25,901 nt of DNA from positions 1-25,901 of the IMG/VR virus record IMGVR_UViG_3300044849_000027, one strand, 5' to 3'. Within the stretch, counting starts at the first letter, position 1, and each line of letters begins with the position of its first letter. The DNA comes from a virus. Taxonomy: Duplodnaviria > Caudoviricetes. The position numbers were made by a program, and so were the translations under genes. A model generated the notes under the pieces. That model was given only the letters and a program-made list of their open reading frames with translations. It searched no databases and had not been told where the DNA came from. Below, piece by piece: positions 14,422-23,750 of the stretch.

Positions 14422-16169
14422 GCCGCCGGCCTCAGAAGCCCGCCCGCGCGGCTCTCGTCGCGCAGGTAGGCTTGGAAGGCGCCGCGCAGCGCCCGGTTGA
14501 TCTCGACGCCGGCGCCCTGGCCGAAGGCCCGGCCCTCACGTTCGCCGCCGGCGGGCGCGGAGACGGTCACGTTGATCGAAGGCGCGAAGACCCCGCCGCC
14601 GCCCGTCGCTCGGACGCCGAGCTTGCCGCCGGGGCCTCGGGCCAGCGGCATGATCGCTTCCGGCCCGGCTTCGCCCATGAGCCCCGTGCGGCCGCCAGAG
14701 AGGCCGAAGTAGGTGGGCCGGTCGAGAATCCCCCCGCTGGCGAACGGCACGACCCGGCCACCCTGGAACGCCGCACCGTCCGCGAAGCTCGGAATCCCGA
14801 GCGCCCCGCCGATGCGCGCGAACCCCCGCACCAGTGTCTGCAGCGAGAGCACGCGCAGCAGGTCGGCCGAGACCGAGCGGGCGAAGTCCTTCATCGACAG
14901 CTTGCCCGTGGCCGCGAACTGCGCGAAGGCGTCGGCCATGCCCGAGGCGGTGGTGACGGTGGAGCCGAGCACGAGCTCGTTGGTCGTGAGGAACGTGTCC
15001 TCGATGGTGCGGGCCTGGCTGGTGAGCTGCGTCTTGAACGTGTCGCCGGCTTCGAGGGAGCGCTGCTCGGCGGCGTACCGCTTGCGCTGCTCGGAGAGCT
15101 GCAGCCCGCGCACGAACTGGTCGGCCTCGTTCTCGACGCGCCGGGCGTAGGCGCCCGCGCTCTCGCCGGTCTGCTTGAGGCTCTGGTCGAGCTCGCCGAG
15201 GGCGGACGAGTAGGACTCGGTGAGGTCGATCCGCTCACGCAGCGCGCGGTCGGCCGAGGCGCCCTCGGCGGTCAGCGAATAGGCCGCCTCGCGTACGTCT
15301 CTCATGGCGTCGGCGACCGCGAAGAATCCCTGCGAGAGCCGCTCGCCGTTGGTCGGGCCTCCATACTTCCCGAAGAACTCGCCGAGCTCTCGTGAGACCG
15401 TCCCCAGCGCGATCCCGGTCCCCTGCCACGCCTTGCCGATCAGGTCGAGAGTGCCGCTCAGGACGCCGCTGGCGAGGTTCTGCGATGCCTTGCCGATGAC
15501 GTCGAGCTGCACTTGGAGCGCGCTCAGTTGGACGAGCGTTTCCTTCTCGATCACGTTCCCCGCGCGCTGCGCCTCGCGGGAGAATGCCAGCACGCCCTCG
15601 CTGCCCTGGCGGAACGCGACGCCCACCCGCACCCCCTCGGTGTCGAGCGCCTTGGCCAGGTAGGAGAGATCCGTCCCCTCGCGGGTCGCCTGCTGGATCG
15701 CGTCGGCGAAGCGCAGGATCACTTCCTCGCTCGTCGACTCGCGCAGGCTCTCGATCGAGATGCCGAGGTCTTCGAAGATCCTCACGGCCTCGGGGACGCC
15801 CCGCTTCGCGTCGTCGGCGCGGCGGATCAGCCGCTGCAGGCTCGTGTTCATGACCTCGGCGCTCTGGCCCGCCTCCCGGGCCGCGAACTGGAGCCCCTGC
15901 AGGAGGTCGGTGTTCAGGCGCAGGAGGTCGGACGTCTCGAGCAGCGAGCGAGAGTTGGCGGTCTGCTGGCGGGCGAAGTTGGCCAGGGCGCCGGCCGAGA
16001 GCACGCCCACGAAGAGCCGGGCGCTCTTGGCCAGGGTCTCGAATCCGCCGGCCGAGCTCTTGGTCTGCTGCTCGAGGCGTCGGAGCTGGCGCCCCGACTC
16101 CTTGAGCTGCCGGTCGAAGGTGGCCGACTGCGCCTCGAGCTTGATGGCGAGCGTTGCCAGGTCACCCAT
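14418..16169 (-). CDS. Tail tape measure protein (583 aa)
   Basis: LATLAIKLEA N-terminus and Ala-rich helical body. Lambda-type C-terminal FASGGI...PT.F...GLMGEAGPEAIMPLARG..GKLGV. Confidence 0.9.
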   Translation of the reverse strand: MGDLATLAIKLEAQSATFDRQLKESGRQLRRLEQQTKSSAGGFETLAKSARLFVGVLSAGALANFARQQTANSRSLLETSDLLRLNTDLLQGLQFAAREAGQSAEVMNTSLQRLIRRADDAKRGVPEAVRIFEDLGISIESLRESTSEEVILRFADAIQQATREGTDLSYLAKALDTEGVRVGVAFRQGSEGVLAFSREAQRAGNVIEKETLVQLSALQVQLDVIGKASQNLASGVLSGTLDLIGKAWQGTGIALGTVSRELGEFFGKYGGPTNGERLSQGFFAVADAMRDVREAAYSLTAEGASADRALRERIDLTESYSSALGELDQSLKQTGESAGAYARRVENEADQFVRGLQLSEQRKRYAAEQRSLEAGDTFKTQLTSQARTIEDTFLTTNELVLGSTVTTASGMADAFAQFAATGKLSMKDFARSVSADLLRVLSLQTLVRGFARIGGALGIPSFADGAAFQGGRVVPFASGGILDRPTYFGLSGGRTGLMGEAGPEAIMPLARGPGGKLGVRATGGGGVFAPSINVTVSAPAGGEREGRAFGQGAGVEINRALRGAFQAYLRDESRAGGLLRPAA

Positions 16170-16629
16170 GGAGTCGCCTCACCTCCCGCTCGTAGCGCTT
16201 CACGAACTCCTGCGACCAGGCCGCGACCACCCGAGAGCGGTTCGCGGTGTACACGCGCGAGAGAAACGGGTTTGGGGTGGATCCCTTGCCGCGCCCGCCG
16301 CGGCCCTGAACCACGAAGCGCAGGTAGTAGGCGCCCCGCTTGTGGAGCACGTGAGAGATCGCCCCCAAGCTGATTTTCTTGCTGACGGCCTTCACCTTGA
16401 GCTGCCGGCGCAGGTAGCCCGGGACGCGGGGCTTCCCGCCGAGGCCGAAGACCACCGAGCCGGGCGTCTTCGGCTTGCGCACGGGGGCGGCCGGAATCGC
16501 GGCATTCAGGTAGACGCGCATCGCGGCGCGATTCGAGGCGGCGATCACGTTGCGCTGCAGTCGAGGCGTCAGCTTCGAGAGGTTCGCGACGGCCCGGTCA
16601 AACCCCTCGGCCTTGAGCTTGATCTCCAC
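16162..16629 (-). CDS. HK97 gp10-like tail completion/neck protein
   Basis: GTG 16629 with a GGAG RBS. Motifs EGFD....NL..L, APV, GYLRR, AYY.RFV..G and PNPFL. Confidence 0.75.
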   Translation of the reverse strand: MEIKLKAEGFDRAVANLSKLTPRLQRNVIAASNRAAMRVYLNAAIPAAPVRKPKTPGSVVFGLGGKPRVPGYLRRQLKVKAVSKKISLGAISHVLHKRGAYYLRFVVQGRGGRGKGSTPNPFLSRVYTANRSRVVAAWSQEFVKRYEREVRRLHG

Positions 16630-16906
16630 GGCTCGCCCTCTCCACCTCTTCGTGCACGCCCAGGGCCATCGCCCAGGCGTCCCACACGTCCCACCCGACC
16701 CGATCCGCCGCCGCGGCCACGGCCTCGAAGCGCGGCCCGCTCTCACCCCGAGAGAGGCGGTAGATCTCCAGCGCGAGCGTTCCCGTTGGTGAGAGCTTCG
16801 GCGCGTCCAGTGCAGTCGGATCCACCAGACCGCGCGCGGCCGCCATCCGAAGATGTGCCCCCGCTGCCTGCATCCCAGTCGACCACCGGAGCCACGCGGC
16901 GATCAC
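16598..16906 (-). CDS. Tail assembly chaperone, T-like downstream part
   Basis: VIAAWLRW...APKLSP....ALEIYRL. Lies after the G-like chaperone and before the tape measure, overlapping the upstream ORF in the +1 frame. Confidence 0.55.
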   Translation of the reverse strand: MIAAWLRWSTGMQAAGAHLRMAAARGLVDPTALDAPKLSPTGTLALEIYRLSRGESGPRFEAVAAAADRVGWDVWDAWAMALGVHEEVERASRGDQAQGRGV

Positions 16907-17270
16907 CGGCCGGTCCCTTTCGATCGACGGCGCGAAACGTCGCCCGGTCGGTGATCACCCCCTTCAGGTGCTGCACCAGGTCGGGGAGCTGCTCGAGCTC
17001 GGCGTAGCAGTCGGCCTTGGAGAACGGGATCGGCATGCCGCGCCAGTCCTGCACGAAGACGGATGCAAGCGCGTTGGCGTCGGCCTTGAACCGCTCCTCG
17101 GGGCTGGCGTCGTCGGGGATCTGCGGCAGCCGGGCCAGGTCGGCGAGGGCCTGGAGGTTCTGCCCTCCCATGCGGGTGACCAGGAACGCGACGCCGCCGC
17201 CGAGCTCCACCCACACGCCACGCCGCTCGCCCTCCGCATCGCTTCGCCAGTGGTCGAGGGGGTGCGTCAT
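16743..17270 (-). CDS. Tail assembly chaperone (gpG-like)
   Basis: E..GVWV......F.V.R.GG.N ... DWRG..IPFS...C...L...PDL...ATFR, directly after the tail tube gene. The last ~55 aa look like low-information read-through. Confidence 0.75.
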   Translation of the reverse strand: MTHPLDHWRSDAEGERRGVWVELGGGVAFLVTRMGGQNLQALADLARLPQIPDDASPEERFKADANALASVFVQDWRGMPIPFSKADCYAELEQLPDLVQHLKGVITDRATFRAVDRKGPAGDRRVAPVVDWDAGSGGTSSDGGRARSGGSDCTGRAEALTNGNARAGDLPPLSG

Positions 17271-18217
17271 GCCGTGGCCCTCGTGAGCGAGCAGATTGCG
17301 CCGAGGGCGTCGGTCGTCGCCTCGCAGGCGATCTCCTGCGTCAGGAGCTCACCGGAGGCGGGAATCGCGGGGCCAGCCTGCACGATCTTCACCCGCGGCA
17401 GCGTGAAGGTGTAGGAGTGGTTCGCGGGGCTCGCCGTGGTGTCGAAGAAAGCGATCTGGAAGACGACGGAGGTCTGGTCGAGCCACCGGGTGATCATGGC
17501 CACGCCCTTGTAGACCACGTTCGCCGTAAACGGGACCACGAACTTGCCCAGGTGCAGATCGTTCTCCCCCTCGATCCCGAGGCACTTGGTGGCGTTCACC
17601 TGGCTGTCCACGGTGAACTCGCACGCCGTGAAGCAGTGGCTGACGATCGCCGGGGAGCCGCTGAAGTTGAGCACCATGTCCTGGCCGCGCATCGCGGGGG
17701 CCACGGTGTGATCGGGCGAGGGGTCGACGTAGGTCGCGCCGGCGATGATCGCCGTATCGACGCTGTACTGACCGCCGCGCACCGTCCAGGTGCAGGTGAC
17801 CGGGGCGTCCGGCTGCGAGCTGATCCGCACGCTCGAGAAGGTCACGCCCGTGAAGCGGTGGTAGCTGTAGCTGCCGTCTTCGTTGAGCAGCCGCTTCTCG
17901 ATCGTGAACGTGAGCAGCGTGGTCCCGGGGTCGAGCACGTCCGAGACCCACGCGGCGCCGAAGATCGCCTCGAAGAGATCATCGAAAGTCGCGTTGAACG
18001 CCAGGTTCGTCTCGAGCGAGCCGCGCACGGCGCCGCCCGTGCCGATCACGTCGCGCAGGGTGCGGTCGGGGTTCAGCTCGGGATCGGGGACGCTCTCGGC
18101 CTCCCAGACGATCGACTCGCTGTTGATGCGGAGGATCTCGAAGGCGGGCGTCGCCGGGGTGACTCCCCGCGTGACCTCGCGAATGATGGCGATTCTGGCG
18201 GTATCTGAGAGTGCCAC
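17267..18217 (-). CDS. Major tail tube protein
   Basis: SD...IAIIREVTRGVTPATPAF..LR, ELNPDR, FTIEK, Y.RFTG and YTFTLPRVKI. 316 aa, located before the chaperones. Confidence 0.9.
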   Translation of the reverse strand: MALSDTARIAIIREVTRGVTPATPAFEILRINSESIVWEAESVPDPELNPDRTLRDVIGTGGAVRGSLETNLAFNATFDDLFEAIFGAAWVSDVLDPGTTLLTFTIEKRLLNEDGSYSYHRFTGVTFSSVRISSQPDAPVTCTWTVRGGQYSVDTAIIAGATYVDPSPDHTVAPAMRGQDMVLNFSGSPAIVSHCFTACEFTVDSQVNATKCLGIEGENDLHLGKFVVPFTANVVYKGVAMITRWLDQTSVVFQIAFFDTTASPANHSYTFTLPRVKIVQAGPAIPASGELLTQEIACEATTDALGAICSLTRATA

Positions 18218-18637
18218 TTAGAGCCCCCCTCCGTGCTGGTAGACGTACTGGACGGGCATCTCGGCCTCGACGTGCAGGCCCGACCCTCCCGCCGAGAGGA
18301 CGGCCATCGCCCCCACGCTCTGAATCCCGATCGAGCTCGGCCAGAGGTGGCCGAGGATCACGGGCCGCACGGCATCGGCCGCGGCTTCGATGGCCGCGTA
18401 CGAGGCGCCGCGGGGCGCGCGCACGCGGACGGTGATCGTCCCGCGCTCGAGGTACTCGTGACGGCCGAGCGCGATCCGCTCGGTCTCGCTGATCTCGTAC
18501 TCGGTCGTCGACCAGGCGCCCTCGATCGTGTCCGGGTCCACGTAGGCGTTGAAGGTCTCCCGGTACGGGATCGCCGCGGGCCAGCTCGGGCTCGTGGCCA
18601 GGGCGCGCATGGCGCTGCGGACGGTGGGCGAGCTCAT
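18218..18637 (-). CDS. Tail terminator/completion protein
   Basis: ATGA-coupled start at 18637. MSSPTVRSAM...ERGTITVRVRAPRG (139 aa). Position immediately before the tail tube. Confidence 0.7.
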   Translation of the reverse strand: MSSPTVRSAMRALATSPSWPAAIPYRETFNAYVDPDTIEGAWSTTEYEISETERIALGRHEYLERGTITVRVRAPRGASYAAIEAAADAVRPVILGHLWPSSIGIQSVGAMAVLSAGGSGLHVEAEMPVQYVYQHGGGL

Positions 18638-18957
18638 TGTTTCAGGCCCTCGAGCTGGGCCTTCTCGACGGCCGAGCCGCGCATCACGGCGGTGCGGGCC
18701 GAGGCGACCGAGAAGAGCGAGCCGTCCATGGGATCGCGGACGTGCATGAAGCGCCGCAGCCCGGCGATCCCCGCCGCCTCGAGCTCGTAGCGGGGCACGA
18801 TCACGGTGGCGTCGTAGAGCGCGGCGCCGCCGTCGAGCTCGCGCTCGGCGTTGCCGCGCAGCACGCCGAGCACGGTGCCGAGGCTCACGCGCGCGTCGTC
18901 GAGGATCTCGACGGGCCGGGCTATTCGCCGCCACACGTGGGGGGACGGCCAGCTCAT
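18634..18957 (-). CDS. Head-tail adaptor/head-closure protein (putative)
   Basis: 107 aa, beta-rich, coupled at both ends. Positional call. Confidence 0.6.
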   Translation of the reverse strand: MSWPSPHVWRRIARPVEILDDARVSLGTVLGVLRGNAERELDGGAALYDATVIVPRYELEAAGIAGLRRFMHVRDPMDGSLFSVASARTAVMRGSAVEKAQLEGLKQ

Positions 18958-19940
18958 GGTGCCAGCTCCCAGGTGGAGAGCGAATCGCCCACGCCCGTCG
19001 AGTGGAGCGGCCGCACGTAGGGGTCGAGCGACGAGAGCGGAATCCCCAGCAGGAAGTCGCTGAACTCCGAGAGCCGCGAGCTCGACGGCATCGCGAACTC
19101 GACGGTGCCGGCGTCGGCCACCGTCTCACGCTTCACGAGGCCCGTGGGCTCGGGGGTGTAGGCGCCGCCGCGGAACGCATCCCAGCGCTTGGAGATGCCC
19201 GTGTAGACGAGCTCGGCGACGTCGGGGGGCACGGGATCCCAGCCCGCCTCGTAGTCGATCAGCACGGGGTCGTACCCGGTCCAGAGCGGCGTCGACTCCT
19301 CGGCCGGTGGGGACACCCGCCCCACCTCGAGATCGAGGCGCAGCGTCGACGGGGTGACGGCCAGGCCGCCGGCGGTGAGCGAGTGCACGGTGACGATCGG
19401 GGCCTCGCGGACCATGATCGAGTCGGGCCGCTCGAAGCGCTCGAGGTAGCGGCGCAGGTTGAAGTGGCGGTTGCAGTAGGAGCGGATCCGCCACGAGAAG
19501 ACGTCGATTTGGCGGGTCAACCAGGCGTCCTCGGTGGCGGTGGCGCCCACGATGCCGAGCGCGCCCTTCAGGTCGTCGAGCGAGACGAGCCCCGTCCCGA
19601 CGACGCCGGCAGGCATCGCCGCGACCTCTTCGAGCCACAGCGACCCGCTGAATCCCGCCCCCGCATCGGCGCCGTCGGTCTGACACGTGATCGGCCCCGG
19701 GCCGAGGGTCACGGTCTGCGCCACCGAGGCGTGCAGGGTGCCGCCCGGGATCGTGAGCACGATCGAGCTCGTGCCGTCGGTGACGGTGACGGTGACGGCG
19801 GCCACCGAGGCCGTGTTGAGACGGGCGTCCAGCCGGACGGCGGTGATCGCCTCGGGCAGGGTGAAGAACTCGCGGGGTGCGCCGTCGAGCAGCGAGTTGT
19901 TGGCCGCCCAGGGCGGCAGCGAGACGATGAGCCCGCTCAT
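18954..19940 (-). CDS. Head-tail connector (HK97 gp6-like) with an extra N-terminal beta domain
   Basis: LVSLDDLKGALGI....EDAWL...I......IRSYCNRHF and IDYEAGWDPVPPDV, preceded by a ~108 aa Thr/Val-rich domain. Confidence 0.8.
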   Translation of the reverse strand: MSGLIVSLPPWAANNSLLDGAPREFFTLPEAITAVRLDARLNTASVAAVTVTVTDGTSSIVLTIPGGTLHASVAQTVTLGPGPITCQTDGADAGAGFSGSLWLEEVAAMPAGVVGTGLVSLDDLKGALGIVGATATEDAWLTRQIDVFSWRIRSYCNRHFNLRRYLERFERPDSIMVREAPIVTVHSLTAGGLAVTPSTLRLDLEVGRVSPPAEESTPLWTGYDPVLIDYEAGWDPVPPDVAELVYTGISKRWDAFRGGAYTPEPTGLVKRETVADAGTVEFAMPSSSRLSEFSDFLLGIPLSSLDPYVRPLHSTGVGDSLSTWELAP

Positions 19941-21343
19941 GCCCGGGCCTCACGGATCGGAACCGGCTTGGGCGCGAACTTGCCGTCCGGCCCCTGGTTC
20001 TCGCCGGGCGCCCCCGGCCCGGCAACGGGCTCCGGCTCCTCGAGCGCGCGCGAGAGCGGGACCATTTGCTGCTGCACCAGGAGCTCGTCGCCCTCGGCAC
20101 GCGGCGGCAGGCCCAGGCGCTGGCGCGCCTCGTTCGGCGTGAGGAGCCCGCCCTGCACGGCGGTGCGGTAGCCCTCGAGCTGCTGCTGGGTGTCGACCTT
20201 CGCCAGCCGCTCCTCGGTCGCGAAGTCGAGCGCCTGGCCGTAGCCGAGGCGCAGGAACTTGCCCAGAGAGCGCTCGATCAGGTCGAAGTAGTAGCGGAGC
20301 GTGCGCGCGTGGAAGGCGCGGTCCATCGTCTCGGCGTTGCTGTAGCTCGGGTCGCCGAGGCCGATCATCCAGCCGGGCACGCCGTAGGCTCGCGCGATCT
20401 CCTCGACGGTGAGCCGGTACTGCTCGACGAAGGCGGCATCGACGGCGCTCATCGTCAGGTCGTGGTAGTTGAGGCCGCGATCGAGCACGGCGGTCTTCCC
20501 CGCGAATCCCTCGCGCGCGCCCCGTTCCCATGCCTCGAGATAGGATTCGGCCTGCTGCGGCGTGAGGTTGCTCTCGGTCGTGAGAATCCCGCCCGGCCGC
20601 GCCTTGTTGAGAAAGAACTCGGCCGAGGTGGACTGCATCTCGCCTTGCATCACCTGCACGTAGTAGGTGGCCACGAGCGGCGAGAGCCCCACCAGCGGGT
20701 CGTGCCGGGTGCGCCCGCGCAGGTGCCAGACGTCGCGCGCCGGGATCACCAGGGGCCGGTCGAGCATGTCCCAGGCCGAGATCGGCGCGTGGTAGAAGTA
20801 GTCGCCGGTCTCGCGCACGCGCTGGATCTGCACGTAGCTCGGCGCCACCGGGTGCAGCGCCACCACGCGGCCCACCGAGTCGCGCTCGGCCCAGGCGTAG
20901 GCGTTGCCGTGCGAGAGCAGCGCGAGCATGGCGTAGAGCATGAACTCGAGGCCGCTCTGGTAGTAGTTGGGCTGGGCGAGCAGCCGCGCGGTGGCCGACT
21001 CCTCGAGCTCGACCAGCACGCCGCTCTCACGCCGCACGTGCCGCAGCCGCACCGGCGCCACGCTCTCGGCGATGAGAGACTGGCAGGCGTAGACGGCGGC
21101 GATCGCCTCGCCGTTCATGCTCACCGGCTCACGCTGCCCGAGCTGAAACCAGTTGCGCGGGCGATTCGCCCAGGCGGTGGGCGAGTTAGCGAAGCTGGCC
21201 TGCAGCGCGGAGCTCCACGGACCCGCGTCGAGGGTCACGGTCGCGGGCAGCGCCTCGAGTGCCACGGCCTGCTCGGCCTGCGCGGCCTCGGCAGCGCGCG
21301 CGGCCTCGGCGCGGGTGCGTCGGCTTCCGAGCCACCGGGGCAT
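19937..21343 (-). CDS. Portal protein, HK97 family
   Basis: AVYAC..LIAE, LL.QPN, LLSHGNAY, GLSPL, PGGIL, EEIARAYGVP and LTPNEARQRLGLPP. Confidence 0.95.
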   Translation of the reverse strand: MPRWLGSRRTRAEAARAAEAAQAEQAVALEALPATVTLDAGPWSSALQASFANSPTAWANRPRNWFQLGQREPVSMNGEAIAAVYACQSLIAESVAPVRLRHVRRESGVLVELEESATARLLAQPNYYQSGLEFMLYAMLALLSHGNAYAWAERDSVGRVVALHPVAPSYVQIQRVRETGDYFYHAPISAWDMLDRPLVIPARDVWHLRGRTRHDPLVGLSPLVATYYVQVMQGEMQSTSAEFFLNKARPGGILTTESNLTPQQAESYLEAWERGAREGFAGKTAVLDRGLNYHDLTMSAVDAAFVEQYRLTVEEIARAYGVPGWMIGLGDPSYSNAETMDRAFHARTLRYYFDLIERSLGKFLRLGYGQALDFATEERLAKVDTQQQLEGYRTAVQGGLLTPNEARQRLGLPPRAEGDELLVQQQMVPLSRALEEPEPVAGPGAPGENQGPDGKFAPKPVPIREARA

Positions 21344-21346
21344 GGG

Positions 21347-21634
21347 CTAGCCCTTCGCGGGATCGAGCTTGACGGCTCCCGAGCGCACGCGCGGGTGGTC
21401 CTCGACGCGCAGGTACTTCGCCTTGCGCACGCGCACGAGCACGTCGGCGAAGTTGGCCTGCACCGTGAGGTGCTCGCCGAGCGCCACCGGGGCGCCGGTG
21501 AGCGGGTGCACGACGTCGGCGGCGACGACCTCGACGGTGATCTTCGTGGGCCGGATCTTCGCGCGAGAGGCCGCCGGCTCCGGGTCCGTACTGGCCGCCG
21601 GCGGGAGGGTCTCGTCCTGCTTGCTCTTCGACAT
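21347..21634 (-). CDS. Small head-associated hypothetical protein (95 aa)
   Basis: GGAG RBS before ATG 21634. MSKSKQDETLPPA... fills the gap between the capsid and portal genes. Confidence 0.7.
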   Translation of the reverse strand: MSKSKQDETLPPAASTDPEPAASRAKIRPTKITVEVVAADVVHPLTGAPVALGEHLTVQANFADVLVRVRKAKYLRVEDHPRVRSGAVKLDPAKG

Positions 21635-21645
21635 GCGTTCTCCGA

Positions 21646-23073
21646 TCAGGCCCAGTTGACGTTGGCGCAGCGCGCCGTCACGGTGTCGCGCCGCCGTTCC
21701 CAGGAGAGGCCCTGGGTCAGCCGGATCGCCACCGAGGCGGTCTGGTACATGGAGACCACGCCCGTCGCCGGCACGGCGATGTCCGCATTCGGGGCGTCGT
21801 CTCGGTGCAGCGTGGCGTCGGTCGAGAGGTCGATCATGGGGCCGAAGTCGTCGGCCACGATGATGTGCCCGGCGGCCACGAGGTCGATCGTGTCGGCGTC
21901 GCACTGCGTCGAGTCGATGATCGGGATCCCGTGCCACATGCCCTGGCCGGCCTCGGGGTAGACCCGGTTCCCGTTCGTGTCGCGGATGAACTGGATCTCG
22001 CGCTGCGCGGCGGGGTGCATGAGCCAGGCCATGCCGGTCTGCGGGATGTTGTTGCTCGAGAAGTGGTTGAGCAGCCCCTTCGCGTCGGCGTCCATCTGCA
22101 CGAGCGCGCCGACGGCGGCCGAGGCCGTGACGCTGCCCGCCGATGCGAAGGCGCCGCGCGGCCGGGCCGTGGTGGCCGCCGCCGCGTCGAGGAAGGTCAC
22201 GTCCACCGTGCGGGCGCTCGCCTCCATGAGGTCGTTCTGGACGACGGCGAGCGCGCTCGGGTTCGAGTGCTCGATCGCCTTCTTGGTGAGGATGATGATC
22301 GTGCCGAGCTCGCGGGGGATGAGCTGGATCGAGTCGAGCGCGATGTTGTCGACCGGGATGGCCGCACCCTCGGCGACCCACGCGCCCACGCTGCCGGCGG
22401 TCTGCCGGGGGATCGTCACGCTGCCGTCGACGCCGAACGAGAGGCGCATGGTCTGAAGGCGCCCGAGGATCGTCTTCGCGCGCCACATCTCGATGAACAT
22501 CTGCCCGGCGCGCCGCCACTCGATGAGCGGCTCCACGAACGTCGCCCCCGTGGTCGTGCCGGTGCCGGGGTCGGCGGCCTTCAGCATCTCGTTGTGCATC
22601 TGGTCGCCGTGCATGGCGAAGAACTCGAGCACCTTGCCCATGGCCGGGTTGTTCAGCCGGTTGGCCGCGTAGATCGCGGCCTGCTGGGCGTTGCCGCCCG
22701 CCTTGTGGAGGCAGTGGGCGAAGAGCGCCAGGCCGTGGCCGCCCCACTTCGGGGTCTCCACGTTCCGGGGCCGGCCGGTGATCGTGGCGCTCCCGTCGTC
22801 GGGCTTCGCGGGCTGCCGCGGGGTCTGCGAGAGGCCCGCCTCGACGTCGCTCTCGGTGCACGAGGCGAAGAGCAGCTCGCGCTTGCGCAGCGCCTTCAGC
22901 TCGGAGTTGCAGGCCGCGACGAGCTCCTCGAGCTTCGCCTTGTTCGCGATGTCCTCGTCGGTGAGCGGCTTGCCGGCCGCGCTGGCCTGGAGGTCGATGG
23001 CCTCGTGGAGCTTGAGCAGGTTCTCGCGCTTGGCCAGGGCCTCGCTGATCTGCTCGCCGATGGGCTTTCGCAT
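21646..23073 (-). CDS. Major capsid protein, HK97 fold, with N-terminal coiled-coil delta domain
   Basis: AGGAG RBS before ATG 23073. Motifs IPRQT....GAWVAEG.AIP, SNPS, PRG, WLMHP, GIPII and SMYQT. 475 aa. Confidence 0.92.
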   Translation of the reverse strand: MRKPIGEQISEALAKRENLLKLHEAIDLQASAAGKPLTDEDIANKAKLEELVAACNSELKALRKRELLFASCTESDVEAGLSQTPRQPAKPDDGSATITGRPRNVETPKWGGHGLALFAHCLHKAGGNAQQAAIYAANRLNNPAMGKVLEFFAMHGDQMHNEMLKAADPGTGTTTGATFVEPLIEWRRAGQMFIEMWRAKTILGRLQTMRLSFGVDGSVTIPRQTAGSVGAWVAEGAAIPVDNIALDSIQLIPRELGTIIILTKKAIEHSNPSALAVVQNDLMEASARTVDVTFLDAAAATTARPRGAFASAGSVTASAAVGALVQMDADAKGLLNHFSSNNIPQTGMAWLMHPAAQREIQFIRDTNGNRVYPEAGQGMWHGIPIIDSTQCDADTIDLVAAGHIIVADDFGPMIDLSTDATLHRDDAPNADIAVPATGVVSMYQTASVAIRLTQGLSWERRRDTVTARCANVNWA

Positions 23074-23084
23074 GGGTGGGTCTC

Positions 23085-23723
23085 CTAGAGCGTCGCGAGA
23101 CGCTCGCGTCGGCGCCAATCGGCACCCTTGGAACGGTGGGAGGGGTCGGGCCGCTGGTCGGCCGAGAAGGCCGCCCGGACGGCCAACGGCCCGAAGACGG
23201 CGGCGAAGTCCGGGCCGAAGGCACTGGCAGCAATGCGCAGGGCGTCGGGGTTCGCGCCGACCGAAACGAGGGAGAGCTCGGTGAGCTTCTGCCCCGTGTA
23301 CTCGGTGAAGTCGAGGTTGCCGGCGGCGTCGAAGTGGTACTCGGGGGGCTTGGTCGGCCGAGCTCCGATCGAGACGGCGCGGATCGTGCCTGCGTCGACC
23401 TGCTTCCAGAGTCGCTCGGCCACCGGCGAGAGCACGGGCGCCGGCTCGGCCTCGGCGATGAGAGCGGGGCGGCCCCGGTACGACTCGACGGCGATGGTGG
23501 GCACCTGGCCGATCGGCTCCCGCTCGAGCGCGCTCGAGTTGCCGTGGTCCCAGAGCATGACGGGGTTGGCGCGGAACTCGTCGAGCTGCCACCCGGAGGC
23601 CCGGATCACGCGCGAGTAGGAGTCCTTCGATTCGGTGGACGCTATGAAGCGGTAGCGGCCACCGGCCGCCGCCTCGAGCTGCCCGAAGAGATCGGGAATC
23701 CTCACACGGTGCCCCCCAGGCAT
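23085..23723 (-). CDS. Prohead maturation protease, HK97 family
   Basis: FIAST...D..., GW.L..F.ANPVMLWDH...PIG, AVSIG and L.ELSLVSVGANPDAL. Alternative GTG start 23705 has a G6 RBS. Confidence 0.92.
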   Translation of the reverse strand: MPGGHRVRIPDLFGQLEAAAGGRYRFIASTESKDSYSRVIRASGWQLDEFRANPVMLWDHGNSSALEREPIGQVPTIAVESYRGRPALIAEAEPAPVLSPVAERLWKQVDAGTIRAVSIGARPTKPPEYHFDAAGNLDFTEYTGQKLTELSLVSVGANPDALRIAASAFGPDFAAVFGPLAVRAAFSADQRPDPSHRSKGADWRRRERLATL

Positions 23724-23750
23724 AGACGTGTGACAGATTCGGGCACAGTG

